Source: Geosiphon pyriformis uo1 (Eukaryota; Fungi; Glomeromycota). Taken from it: a DNA stretch of 64,000 nucleotides. Where the stretch lies: positions 124,001 through 188,000 of the forward strand of contig JAAOMT010000054.1 in assembly GCA_016748015.1 (NCBI GenBank), in the 5' to 3' direction. The notes under the pieces were generated by a model that saw only the letters and a program-made list of their open reading frames with translations, made no database searches and was not told the DNA's origin. Made by a program: the position numbers and the translations under genes. Below are positions 35,924 through 49,441 of the stretch, piece by piece; the stretch's first letter is position 1; every line of letters starts with the position of its first letter.

Positions 35924-38900
35924 GTGGCAGAATCAGAAAACATAGGAGCAAACCATTTAGGATTCGCAAAATCTCTATTTCAACACTATTGTTAACACTT
36001 AAGATTAAATCACAATCATATATCCACTGAATCAGCCTTTAATTTCTATGTCAACAAAAAAATTTCTTCTTTGTTAAGAATACCAGTGAATACTGAATCA
36101 GCCAGGGAAACTTTCTACAGAGAATTAATTCAAAATACCAACCTGCCAACAAATCACAATTTTGCCTTCATTATTACTGAGATCAACAAAAAAATTGAAC
36201 ATTACACCCAACAAAGATATCCAATTACTTATGCCAGTAAAGGCAAAGGAAAATTACAAACACCAGTGGTAACACCCAAAAAGATACAACCACCTACTTG
36301 GAAGAAAACAAGAGTTGAATCACCAACTGCTCCATCCTATCACTACACACTGGGAAGTGCCATCAATATAACATTAGCAAGTACATTCACATCAAATACA
36401 ATATCAACATTCAGACAATTTTCATTCCAAAGTAAACAAAAAAAAACAGATCTACTAGGACTATATGGCAAATATTTTGAAAAATTTAAGTCGTGATCAC
36501 CAACACCATCAGGAATTCGATCACTGCCACCTCAACTGGACTTTGGAACCATTACCCTGTGGGAACTATCTGAAGAAGAATCAGAAGATCAAGAATTTAC
36601 TTACCAAAACCCGATCCTTGAAAACCCAGAATTTGGAACTGCAAACATTCAAACTCAGCAAGAAAATCCAGAAATTGAAACTCCAAATATTTAAGCACTG
36701 CAAAATCAAAATCTTGAAGTAATTAATTAACACTTACCTCCAGTTATCATCATCAATCAACCACCAATTAAACCAATTGGTCAGCCCATCCAAATACTGA
36801 ACCAACAAACTCAACAACCACCTCCAGTATCACCTCAGCAACAACAACAAATGGCATATGCACCAATCATGAAGCTCAACAAATTCACTAGCAAAGAGGA
36901 TGACACACAAGTTTGGCTAAATGATGTAGAAAAAGCCATTACAACCAATGGATGGAATGACACCAGAGCCATGCAAGCCATACTTTATTTTCTCAAGGAT
37001 ACAGCAGATTCATGGTATCAAAGCCTGATTGACAAACCCCAAGATTTCAATACTTTCAAATTAGAATTTTTGAGATACTTTAGCAATAACAACAGCATTA
37101 ACAGATTAGCCAACACTTACACTACAATTAAACAAGGAGAAACTGAAGCAGTTACCACATATCTGAAACATTTCCATAGAAATCTGCAACAAATTCAAGC
37201 AATTGATGCTAATTATTTTATAGTGCCACAAATTCTCAATCAATTCATCTGTGGTCTGTGCAGTAGTATTCTGCAACATGTATGTTCATTGCATCCAGCC
37301 ACTCTCCAGGACACAGTCACACATGCCAAAGATTTTGAATCTGCCAAATTAGAAGCCAATCATGCCCATGCCATGAACCTAGTAATGAATAGATCATCTG
37401 AATTAGATTCTAAATTGAAACAATTTAGTGATTCAATTAATCAGAAGTTAGAGAGATACTTAGCTGACAATTGCGCAATTTATCAACCACCACAATGATG
37501 CAATAATCCAGAAAATACAAATCATTTCCAAAATCAGTCATGTCTATCATCATTATCAGCAGCACCTAATCAGTTGTGGCAGCTAGAAATGCGTGTTTGC
37601 CACAACTGTGGTAAACAAGGACACATAAAAGCAGACTGCAGATTTTATAACAACAATTCACAATCGGAAAATCAATATCGAAACCTCGATTGCAGATTTC
37701 AAACTCCGAATTGTTACCCAAATTAAGATCAAACTACTTACTTGCCAACAATGCAGCCACCAATTTATTAACCACCAGTATATTAACCTCAAATTTATCA
37801 ACTGCACTCACCAATAATCTATCAGCCACAACCCCAAATAATTTATCAACCCCAATCAATTCAGACACTGCCCCAAAATTCAGTTAACATGACATTAGAC
37901 CACTCCAGACCTAGAATCACACAAAACTGGAGATCGGCAATGGTTGTTTACCAACTGATCCCCAGTTCTTCCAATTCATCATCAGGATTGCGTTCTTGGA
38001 ATTTGAGTACTGGTACCACCCAAAACCCAAATTCCCAGAACTATTTAAGTCTTCTGGTTACCTCAGAAGACACTACCAACACCAATTTGGGATCCAACCA
38101 ACAATTAACACTTACCAGCAATATTCCACCAGCCACCGTTATAGAAGACAAGTCACTCGCAGCCATATTCCCATTTGAAATTGAGGAACCATCAAGAGTT
38201 CCTTTGTTCAGCAGAGCTGCTATTAAGGAAAAACCCATCATGGTGATGTACACCAATGCCAAAATTGATGGCCATTCTATCAAGCTTATTCTTGATAGTG
38301 GGTCAGCAGACAGCATTATCACATGACAACTTATAGACCAATTAGGTCACCAAGTTGATCATGCTGCCAGCACCAGAATCATAACAGCTAATGGAGCAAC
38401 CAAAACTCCTATTGGCAAGATTGACAATCTACTCATTGAAATCAATGGCATCACTGTACCAATCAAGATATTAATAATGGAAGCAACCCAGTACCAAGCT
38501 CTTGTTGGCAATGACTGGTTGTCCAAAATCAATGCAATGCTCAACTGGAACACACAGAAACTCCAACTTAGTCAAAACAGCCAATACACGTGAGTACCAG
38601 CCATGTGTGGCCATTTCAAACCTAACAATGTTATGTCATCAATGCCGCTCATTGATTTAGAGAAGAAAAAACCAAAGCCTACTTGGGAGGCATACCAAGT
38701 ATCATGGGCCAACACTGACCACAATGAACTACCACCAATACTCTCATGGAATGACAACCCTAAGAGAAAGCAAAAAGAGGAACTGATCTAGGAGACAGAC
38801 AATTTGACCTGGACTGACAACGAACAGAAAGAACCATCAAGTTGGGAGTGGAAAGAAGAAAAGAGAAAAGGGAAAGAGAGGGAGGAAGAAAACACTCAAG

Positions 38901-41900
38901 CCAACAATACTTATATCCCATACACCTATGGTCAACAACAATCATCAACCTATCGCTGACCCAAACTAATATGCATTGATTGTGGCAAAAAATTGTCATC
39001 AATAAGCGCATGCTGTGGCAACAACAAAGAATATCAGATGGCAACCAAGTTTTATTGCTGCGCATGCCACATTGAATGTTTTGGAAGACCAAAACAAGTG
39101 GGAAAATGGGATAATACACCATGTCTAGCCTGTGGAGAAACTCTCCTCGACAAAGGAATGTGGAACAACATTCCAGAGAGAGGAGGAATGTGTGACATTT
39201 TCTGCCAATACACAATCCTCATCAGTGACTGGGTTAAGAAAAAAACACCAATAGAAGCCGCCTAGAGAAGAGCTGTACAGCAACTGGACAGTTGTCCACA
39301 TGATGATGACAAAATTTGGAGAATGGCAATCACCAAAATAGAAGGAGCAACACCCAAAAAGATCAGAGAAATCAAAAACAACCCACCAGAATCCATTGAA
39401 CTTGACTAAAATGCAGAGCCAGTCATAAATTTCCTGGAACCAGAAGAGTTCTATGAGCACTACCAAAACTTGGCACTCACTAGAGAGAAGCAAAAACAAT
39501 GGCTAGCATAGTTGAATACAAGACTGTGTCACCATTGTTTAATTCCCAGTAATTTTGAATATTGTAACAATTGTGACCTTATTTACAATCTACCACCACA
39601 CATGATCTACACAATCTCCGAAGAGGAAGAACCAATCAGCAGCTGCACATTAGAGTTGGAATCACCATTCAATCCCAATTCAAACTCCAACAATGACAAT
39701 GACAATGAGAATAATGGTTCCAGCTCCGTTCAAAATGGCAATGACTCCAACTTAGATTCAAACTCCAATTCAAACTGTGAACAATATATCATACTCTCTG
39801 ACCTCTCCAAAGAACAAGAGCTCAAATGGTTTAGTCATAATGGTAAAGATATCATACCAGAACGCGTGCATAATACAGATATAGGGTTTGATCTAAGATA
39901 TTTAAAAAAAGATGCTATCAAATTGGAACCAAACACACGAGTATGCATTGATTTGAAAATAGCTCTAGAGATTCCAGCAACAACCATGGTTCTTTTAGCA
40001 TTTAGAAGTAGTTTAGCAAAAAAGGAGATTAATATTAGAAGGAGAATAGTAGATACAAGATATACAGGAAATATCAGCATCATACTACAAAATGATTCAG
40101 AAAAGGCTTATACAATTGAGCCAAATAAAAAGATAGCACAGACCATATTCCTGCCATTAGTCAAAATAGCCAGCTTAGTGAAAGTGAGAACAAAGAAAGA
40201 ATTGGAAATAACAGCAAGAGAGATACAGGGATTTGGGTCAATGGGTAGAATAGAGGTATCAGTTAATATGGTGGAGAAAGAAATTGTTGGCCAAGGAGAA
40301 ATTATCTCAACCAGTCAAGCTATTTCCATTCCACCATATAGCCAGTACATGTTAGCAATAGAAAGGAAGGAAAAGGAACAAGAACAGATTTTTGAAGCTG
40401 AAGCAAATCTTTGTGAATCAGGAGAGATTGGGCTGATCAATCTCAACATACCAGCCAAAAGCTATAGCCGCATAAAAATTCCCATCTACAACAACACTGA
40501 CAATGTTATCAACATATCAGAAGAAACCACCATTGGATATTTAACCACAGAAATAGAAAACCAACCACCAAACTCCATTTCAAACTTTCCACAACTTTGT
40601 AGATATGTCAACATCACATCACAAACAATCTATGGATGAGACAAATGTTATTTGTTCCAACCAGAACAATTAGAACAAATGAACATGGGAAACTTAGATC
40701 TACTCCAATGTATGCAGCTCAAGATATTGCTCAACAATTTCAATGACATCTTTGCCAGCGAAAATAAGTTTGGCCAAACTGACATTATCTAGCATTAGAT
40801 CAAGACTGGAGATGCAATGCCAATCAAACAAAGAGCATACAGAGTGCTGCCAGCCAGCCATGAGATCATTCATCAAGAGATAAACTGAATACTTGACAAT
40901 GGGCTAATTCAATTATCAATGAGCCCATGGTCATTACCAGTGGTACTTGTCTGTAAAAAGAATAGGAAAATCCAATTTTGTGTGGACTATAGGAAACTCA
41001 ACAGTGTAACTTATGGAGACAGCTATCCAACTCCATGAATACAGAAATTATTCAATGCTTTCAGCGGAAACAAATGGTTCTCAACATTAGACTTAAATAG
41101 TGGTTATTGGCAAGTAGCTATGAATCCAGCTGACAAAGAGAAGACAGCATTCACCACTAGAGAAGGGAATTTCGAATTTGAAGTGATGCCATTTGGCTTA
41201 ACCAATGCTCCAGCCACTTTCCAATGGCTAATGGAAATTGTTTATACTGGCTTATTGTGGAAATCAGTAGTTGTATACTTGGACAACACCAATGTATTCT
41301 CAAAAATGTTTGATGATCATCTTCATCATCTTCAACAAATGTTTGAAAGACTAAGAAGAGCAGGACTAAAGTTAAATGCAACAAAGTGCTTTTTTGGCAA
41401 GACAAAACTAAAATTCTTGGAACACATAGTCAGCAAAGATAGCATCAAAATAGATCCAGAGAAAATAAAGATAGTAAAAAACTTTTCAGTGCTGACCAAT
41501 ATGACAGAACTGAAATCATTCTTGGGATTTGCCAGCTACTATCGACGTTTTATCAAGAACTTCTCTAAAATAGCACAGTCACTTAACCAACTGCAAAACA
41601 AAAATACAAAATATGAATGGACAGAAAGTCAACAAGAAGCTTTTGATATTCTGAAAAGAAAGCTTATCCAAGCTCCAGTACTGATCTATTCAGATCACAA
41701 CCAACTATTTATCATTACCACCAATGCATCCAACCAAGCATTGAGAGCAGTACTATCTCAGAGAAGACCAGACAGCAGAAAACATCCAGTAATATATGTC
41801 AGTAGAGGTTTAACACCAGCCGAAAAGAACTATAGAACACCAGAACAAGAACACTTATCAATATACTGAGCAGTCATAAAATAGAAAAAATACTTGAACC

Positions 41901-42079
41901 AGAAATTTGAAATATACACAGATCACAAATGATTAAAATTACTTTAAAAACAAGAATTTGAAGATAGAAGACAGTCAAGATGGAAAATGGCACTTGCATC
42001 ATATAATTATACTATACATTATAAAAAGGGAAAAGACAATGGAAATGCTGACAGTTTGTCATGAATGAGACAAATCTAA
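35924..42079 (+). pseudogene. gag-pol: B2 gag-pol in a single reading frame (no frameshift), ending after RNase H
   Basis: ORFs 36071, 36851, 37889, 38603, 38993, 39512 and 41120 are all in the same frame. CHNCGKQGHIKADC, LILDSGSA, MPFGLTNAPATFQ. Confidence 0.92.
39855..40246 (+). pseudogene. dut: dUTPase domain within B2 pol
   Basis: ERVHNTDIGFDLRY, AFRSSLAKK, IVDTRYTGNI, KKIAQ, QGFGSMG. Confidence 0.88.
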
Positions 42080-42142
42080 AAACATTTTCAACCCAAAAAT
42101 ATAACAAAACCAGAACAATACCAACGAAAAATATAACAAAAG

Positions 42143-43525
42143 ATGAACATACAAAAATATCAACAACTGTTACATTATATAAACACTCAACAGTTCAAGG
42201 AGAATTTATCTCAAACAAAATGAAAGAGTATCAAACAACAATCAAAATATTTTATCACTCATCAAAATATACTTTATTAGAAAAATAGAAGAGATCTAAA
42301 GCAACCAACCAGAGTAATTACAGAGCCAGAAAAAGAGACAATATTATTCAACATGTACTCAAATCCAACAGCAGGACACTTTCACAAAGAAGCAATCATG
42401 GAAAAAACCAAAAAAAGATACTATTGGCCATTAATATATCCAGATATTATCCAATATGTTCAAAATTGTGATGCTTGTCAGTGAAGAGGAGATATAAAAC
42501 CCAGTAAACCATTAAAACCAATCAAAGTGGGACAACCATTTAACTGTATTGGAATTGATCTAGTCGGACCATTAACAATCACCAGAGGAGGAAACAGGTA
42601 CATAGCAGTAGCCATGGACTATCTCACTAAATGACCAGAGGTGAAAGCAATTCAAAGAGCAGATGCAAAATCCATTGCCGAATTTGTTTATCAAGATTTA
42701 ATTTGTCGACACGGATGTCCAAAGGAATTATTATCAGACCAAGAAACTCATTTTGTGAACAGAACATTAACAGAATTGAGCCAAAGATTCGGAATTAAGA
42801 GACCATTATTATCACCATACCATCCACAAACCAATGGATTAGTCGAAAAATTCAACAGAACATTGTGTGAAGCAATAGCTAAGCTCAGTTAAGAAAACCA
42901 GAACAATTAGAACATGTTGATACCAGCAGTACTATTTGCTTATCGAACAATGAAACAAGACACTACACAAGCAACACTATTTGAATTAGTATATGGTAGA
43001 ACAGCAACATTACCAGTAGAAATAAAGGTCAACACATATCCAACTGAACCAATAACAGAAGAAAATTTCCAAGAAACATTGTTAAGAAAAACATATGACT
43101 TAATAGAAACATTGGAAAACAAACGAAGAAGAGCAGCTGATAACATACAAAAGTCACAAGAGAAACAGAAAGAAAGACATAATAATCAACTACTAAACAA
43201 ACCAGTTGAATTCAAGATTGGAGACAAAGTACTCTTACATCATACCAAAGCAGAAAAACAATGGAGTGGAAAATTTGACCCCAAATAGGATGGACCATTT
43301 CACATAGAAAAAATTCTAGAAAATAGAGCTTACAAATTAAGACTGGACAACAAAATCTTAACCAAAGCAGTACATGAAAATCGACTGAAACCATATCACA
43401 ACACCATACTACCATCTACCAGTAATATTCCACAATTAGAAGTACAGAGAATAGTAGTCCAACCAGATTAGATTCCACATAATCTGGAACCAATCATTAT
43501 TATTAACAACAACACATCAAATTGA
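42143..43525 (+). pseudogene. Stand-alone integrase ORF of B2
   Basis: ATG 42143. AGHFH..CDAC, GIDLVGP, LSDQETHF, SPYHPQTNGLVEKFN, DGPFHI. Confidence 0.9.
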
Positions 43526-43549
43526 TCCATCAAAAAAATATATAAAAAC

Positions 43550-44209
43550 ATAGTAGATACAACAGAAAATATCAGAAAAATGGAAATTACAAACAACATT
43601 CACTCACTAGCACAACAACTCTTTCAATTGATCTAATACCAGAAAATGGAAATTACAATCAATCAACAAACCATTCGATATTAAGATATTAGAAAGACAT
43701 TGCAACCCAGAACACAGAAGAAAACTGAAAATACTGTGGACAAAATCATTGCAAAAGTAAAATTAGCAATAAGAGAGTCGACAAAAGAATTACTATATCA
43801 AGAGTTGACTAAAGAAACTTGGAATTGGTAAATACAACAATTTCCACAAAACTATTGTTATTTTTACTTAGAACAACATGTAAATATCCAGAATCTATAT
43901 ATGGATAAAACAAAGCAATTATTTGACAAAAGAATATTACAACAATTAGAACATTTTGTGGGAAAAAACAACTTATCCACACAGGCCCGAGCTATATACT
44001 GAATACACACAGTATTTCAGAATAGACCAGAAATATTACTCAACAAAGCAATGGATATGGTTACCAGTAATCAATTGAGAAAGATTACCAATGCTCAATT
44101 TGAAAAATTACAGACCCAAATAACACAAGTAATTCTCAAAAACAAAATCCAGAAAATACTTCAAAAAAAGGAATTAAACAAGTTAGATTTCGACAGAGCT
44201 CAATATTAA
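43550..44209 (+). pseudogene. ORF3 of B2
   Basis: Homologous to 20120-20788. First ATG has decayed to ATA; second ATG at 43580. Confidence 0.7.
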
Positions 44210-44222
44210 AAGGAAGGAATAA

Positions 44223-45058
44223 TATTACTCATAGAAATATAGGAAATATATTAACATGATTATTAGCCAATCAGAAGTAGGCATAGTAAATGTGGAATTT
44301 TAGGATTTCCCAACAAGGAATTGCAGGATTCCAGAATTCCAGGATTCTTCTCAAAGGAATTGCAGGATTCCAGGAATTTCAGGATTCCTGTTGTAAAGAA
44401 TCAAGGAATTGAGGAATCTCAATTATGTATATATAGCAGCAGGATTAAAAGCTGAAAAGACAGACCTCTTAGTTTAAATTTAATCTAAGCAATGCTTCAA
44501 ATCACAAGCATCTAATAAATAACTATTTGTTATCTCAAACCCATTTCCATTATCAACACTTCATGTTGATAGTAATTGATACTTAACCACACTGGAACAA
44601 TAGCTCTTGATCATAGCTATTGACAGAATACTAACTTGCAAATTGTCTTGGCTTATTTCTTTTCTTTTCTTTATTTTCTTGCTTTGATTTTATTGTTGTT
44701 TACTAACTCTATTGAAGATTAACGCGTGAGGCACTGACGTTAGAATAAACGTGACTGGTAAAAGACCCAGAAATAAGGGTAGAATACTCGATTAAGGATA
44801 GCTTACCAGGAGGAATACCAGCCATCAAGCTGAGAAAGAAATTGATGAAACTGCAGTTTCGGAAAGCTACAGATAAAACTATTATCATTGAATCTCTGTC
44901 CATTATACAAAAAACTCAACCAAACTCTTCAGATACAAACTCTTCAGATACAAAACCTTTAGATACCAAACCTTCAGATTATTGACAACGAGAATAGCTT
45001 TGAGCACCAAGTTATGGGTTTGTATTTAATTCAACACCAGAAATTGTCATCTGTAACA
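44223..45058 (+). repeat. 3' LTR of B2
   Basis: Direct repeat of 34985-35861, after the PPT AAAAGGAAGGAATAA. Confidence 0.95.
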
Positions 45059-45722
45059 GTACCTACTGATGCCAAAGAGTGCCATTTTTGTTACCAAGTA
45101 GGGCATTTGGTTTCCAAATGTCCAACTCTACAAAGAAAAAAAGAGAGGGATATCAAGAAAGTTACTAACAATATTAGATTGGCAAAACTGTATGTTAAAA
45201 GAAATGTTCTAAAGGAAAATGTCAAGGCTTTTGGTGGAAAATCATATGCTGAAATGGCTGCACTCAGACTGTCTTATAATTTGAACAGCTCAAATTCAAA
45301 CAAATCCCAAAAACCTGGTTCACAAGTAAACAATAAAGAAAACCAACTGAAAAAAGGAGGAGTCAACCAACTATAAAAGGCTGAAATTAATAAGTTAAGA
45401 CTACAGATTAATGAAATGGCCAAACTGCTAAGTGCAGTAGCTGCCAAACTTGGGGTAACAGTAGAAAAAGAAAAGGACATAATGGTCACTTAGCAGCAAA
45501 GTCACAATACAAAGGAAAAAAAAAAGATGGAAAGTAAGGTACCAAGCCAGAATACTACATCCAAGTCTAACTTGGCAGAGAAAAATGAGGCATACAACCC
45601 AAAAAAGGAAATCAAGGAAATTAAAAAATCATTAAAACCCATTCTGGAATTACTAAAGCAAGTAAAAAAACAGAGTGGCTGGAGCAGTTCTACTGCTGGA
45701 AAAACTAAATTTATGGAAACAG

Positions 45723-48687
45723 ATGATGTATAGCACATCTAATTCTAACACAGAACAAAACCATCTCAATAACAATACTTGGAAAATTGGTATTATTAAT
45801 GTTAGAGAACTTAATAATCTTGGCAAAGCTGAAGAGATACTACAATGGTGTATTGAAGAACAATTTGATTTTGTGATTATTATGGAAATTAAATTGACTC
45901 CACCCAAAAAAAAGAGTGTTTTTTTTGGTTCTAATGAATATTATGCTTTTTGAGAGTCAAGTGCTAAGAAACAAATAAGAACTGGGGTTGGTATACTGGT
46001 CAAAAAATGTTGGATGCATCATGTGGAAACAATTAGAAGATACTGTAGAAGGCTGTTATATTTGGCATTGAAATTTAGGGGTAAAATCAGTATACATATA
46101 GTTGAGCTGTACATGCCTGCTTCTAAATTGTCTAGAAAGAAAGCAGCAGCCAAAGAAATCAGAAAACTGCTAAAAGACATAGTGCAAAACAAAGAAATAA
46201 TCATAGTAGCAGGTGATTTGAATGAAGATCTAACATCCAAATCACTTGAAGAAACATTTGCTACAAATAGAGTCAAAGAATGTCTTACTGCTATAACATT
46301 ACAACATATGAATTTAGTAGATACATATAGAGTATATACAACAAACAATCCAGAAAAGACATTGGCATTAAATAGAGTACAAAGAAAATTAGACTATGTG
46401 TTTACTAATGCAGTTACAGCCTTACTGGTCACAAACATTGGGGTGATTGATGTTAATAAATCATTTAGCACTGATCACAACAATTATCCAATTTAACAGA
46501 ATATTAGCAGACACTAAAAATCTAAATTAGGAAGAAAAAAGAGTAGCACAACCATAATTGATGTTAGAAAAGCATCTGGAGTTCAATGAGAGATCTATAC
46601 AAAAGAAACTGATCAATTAACAGATGAAGCACAAAGAAAATTGATAGATAACAGCAATGATAATCTAAACCAGATATGGCTTACAATCAAGAAGACTGTG
46701 TTACAAGCTGTTGACTGCCTACCAAAAAGAAAAGTGGAAGCCTGATCTGTACACACAAAAAAAGAATGCTTGGATCACAAGCTTGTAAGAATTGTTGCTG
46801 ATATAATCAAACAAATAAGAGTAAACAATGCAGATATGCATAATAACAATATTATACAGCTGTTGGCTAAATGGAAACAGCTGAAACCTGAAGCAGTAAT
46901 TGCATATCTGATGACTCTCCTAAAAGATAAGCTTATTTCAGAATTACTCAGCATCAAGAAAGAATTCAGATCAACATTGCATGCCAAAATCAGACTACAA
47001 CAGCAGAGACAGATAGTGGACAATATCATCAAAAGACAACAAAATTTTGAACTAAACAAAGAAGCTATGATTAAAAGCATTTTAAACAGAAAAAAACAAA
47101 GAATTGTACTAGACCATGTTATTAAAGAAGGAAAATTTCATGATGATTCTGATGAGATTAAAAAGCTAGTAAACAAAAAAGCTCAAGATTGGACTAGGAC
47201 TAGAATTCTTAAACCTAAACTGTGTAAGAGTTGAGAACACAGATTTAAGCCAATTGAGAGCATTTTAGACTATGTCTTTAATAGTGTGATGGCTAAAATA
47301 ATGAATGAGAAATTTGAACACATATTGAGCCATACACCTTATAACAAAGCCCCTGGTCTATCAGGCATTCAAGCTGAACTCTAGAGGAAAGCTGGGCCTA
47401 ATACCAAGTCCAAACTGAGAACATTGCTTAATGCTTGCATAGATGCAGCAAACATGTCTGAAGAGTAGAGAATAATACAAGTTATACTGATTCCAAAGCC
47501 AAAAGAATGGGGTGGCAATGTTAACATTACCAGGCCAATCACACTAATTGAAATTACTAGAAAGATTTTAATAAAGATTTTAACTGCAAAAATATCAAAG
47601 GCATGTGAGCTTTATGATGTCTTAAAAAGTTACAACACCTCAATTCTAAAGAATACTTTCACAACAGTGCCAATTCATGTAATTAATGCTGTTGCTGAGC
47701 ATGCAAAAAAATTTGGTAATGAGGCTTGGTTTACATTTCATGACATGAAAAAAGCATATAATTCAGTAGGATAGAAACCCATAGAAGCTACACTAAAAAA
47801 AATCAAAATGAACAATAGGTTTACTGAGTTATTTGGCTTGATACACAACAATAAAAGCAATAGGATTATAACTGAGTTTGGTCTAAGTAATAAATATCAA
47901 GTACAAGATGGACTGGATCAGGGGAAAACAAGCTCACCCATTATGTAGAGAATTTTTTATGACCTCTTACTGTGTAAAGTAAAAAAACCAATTATAGTCA
48001 AGAATACAAATTAACAGCTGAATAGAAAAAGTGGGACAATCAACTTGACACATAATCTCTGGCAGTATCAGTAAACCACTTAGCCTTTGTTGATAACACA
48101 GTGTGGATAGCTAATTCAAAACAAGGAATAAAAAGTATTCTGAACACAGCCAGTTCTTTTTTTAGAATAGTAGATATTGAGATCAACTTAAATAAGACTG
48201 AAACAATGGTGGTTAGACCTTCTAAAAGGAAATCATTGTTAATTGAGCCACTGAAATTTGGGCCAAATAAACAATCCTTAAAATTGTTAGATCTATCTAC
48301 ATGCACCTGATATCTGAGGGTGTGGATCAAAGCAGATGAAAAGAATAAAACTATGCTAAAAATGATAAGATTTGATATTGAAGCAGTGTGTGAAATTATT
48401 AGGAAAAAACACATCATTGAAAAACAGACAATTTACATTTTCAATAGTGTATTCAGTCCTGCAATAAAATTTAGATCTTAATTGACCCATATTCCAAAAA
48501 GCTGGGCCAGAAAATAGATCTCAAAAATCTTAGCCACTGTAAAGAAAAAAGCAAATCTTTCAGTAGATTTTCCAGCCAGTATCATATATCACTTATCTTT
48601 AAACAATTTGTTTAAAATTGATGATATACAAGCAAAAAGCAAGATTACAGATTTGTTAGTTAGATTGAACAGTAATGATATTGCTGG
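45723..48687 (+). pseudogene. L-A ORF2: APE endonuclease + non-LTR reverse transcriptase (continues at 57770-58278)
   Basis: IGIINVRELN, IVAGDLN, KLDYVF, FSTDH (APE); KAPGLSGI, LIPKPK..RPITLIE..RKIL, DMKKAY, GLDQG..SP, LAFVD(N) (RT). The ATG overlaps the end of ORF1 (stop 45731-45733). Confidence 0.92.
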
Positions 48688-49389
48688 TGTTATGGTTGAA
48701 ACTTATACTTTTTATTAATTATCACATGTATTAGCCACTAATGTCATATAAATTAGCCACTCTATTTTTAGAAAGTGATCATTGACCTAATCAATAATCT
48801 GACTGTTAATCTGATTATTGACCTGATCATTGACCTAACCATTGACCTGATCATTGACCACTTTTGACAGCTATATAAGCAATGAATCTCTTAGCTATAG
48901 AAAAACATGTAAGAATAAAAAAAAATAAAAAAAATAAAATAACAACTTCATCTTAATTCTTCTCTTATCGCTAATTTCTCTTTCCTACTTTCAAGTATCT
49001 GAACATCTTAAAGATAAAAGATTACTTGTTGGTTATTTCCTACCCTTTTCCTAAACATGTAATTGCAACATTTGGAAATTATTGAATAAAACGTAAGTGA
49101 AGAGCACATCTGATACTTAATATTGAATTCTAAAAGCATTGATGTAAGGCATAGAATTATACCAAGTGTAATCATTTGTTGACAGTACGGACTATCCCTC
49201 TACCTTCAGATTCCCCAGTTATCTTTGAAAAGTATAGCGACTAAGATATTTTATAAGACTGATCTCACACATTGAATCCATACTTATTCAATTCACTCTT
49301 TAAAGTTGAATTCCTTTTTGATTATTTTCATCACCCTACAATTCTGTTCTCTCTTGCTATCCATTAGCTTGTTACTTCAATTTGTAACA
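48688..49389 (+). repeat. 5' LTR of A2
   Basis: Direct repeat of 57056-57769. Confidence 0.95.
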
Positions 49390-49441
49390 TAAAAGTGGTG
49401 TTCCCTGTAAGGTTGTCAAAATCCACTTTGTTTTTTATTGT

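Larger units (their letters stand above)
34985..45058 (+). mobile_element. Family B copy B2 (full length, decayed)
   Basis: LTRs 34985-35861 and 44223-45058. TSD ATGC/GTAC (both one G>A step from GTGC). PBS 35864-35881. Confidence 0.95.

Noticed and set aside
39512-40639. Host or bacterial dut gene
   Set aside because: In frame within the Gypsy polyprotein at the same position in three elements.
42914-43525. Chromodomain at the integrase C-terminus
   Set aside because: IN ends with a GPF/SH3-like module and a short EPIII tail; no chromodomain motif is visible.
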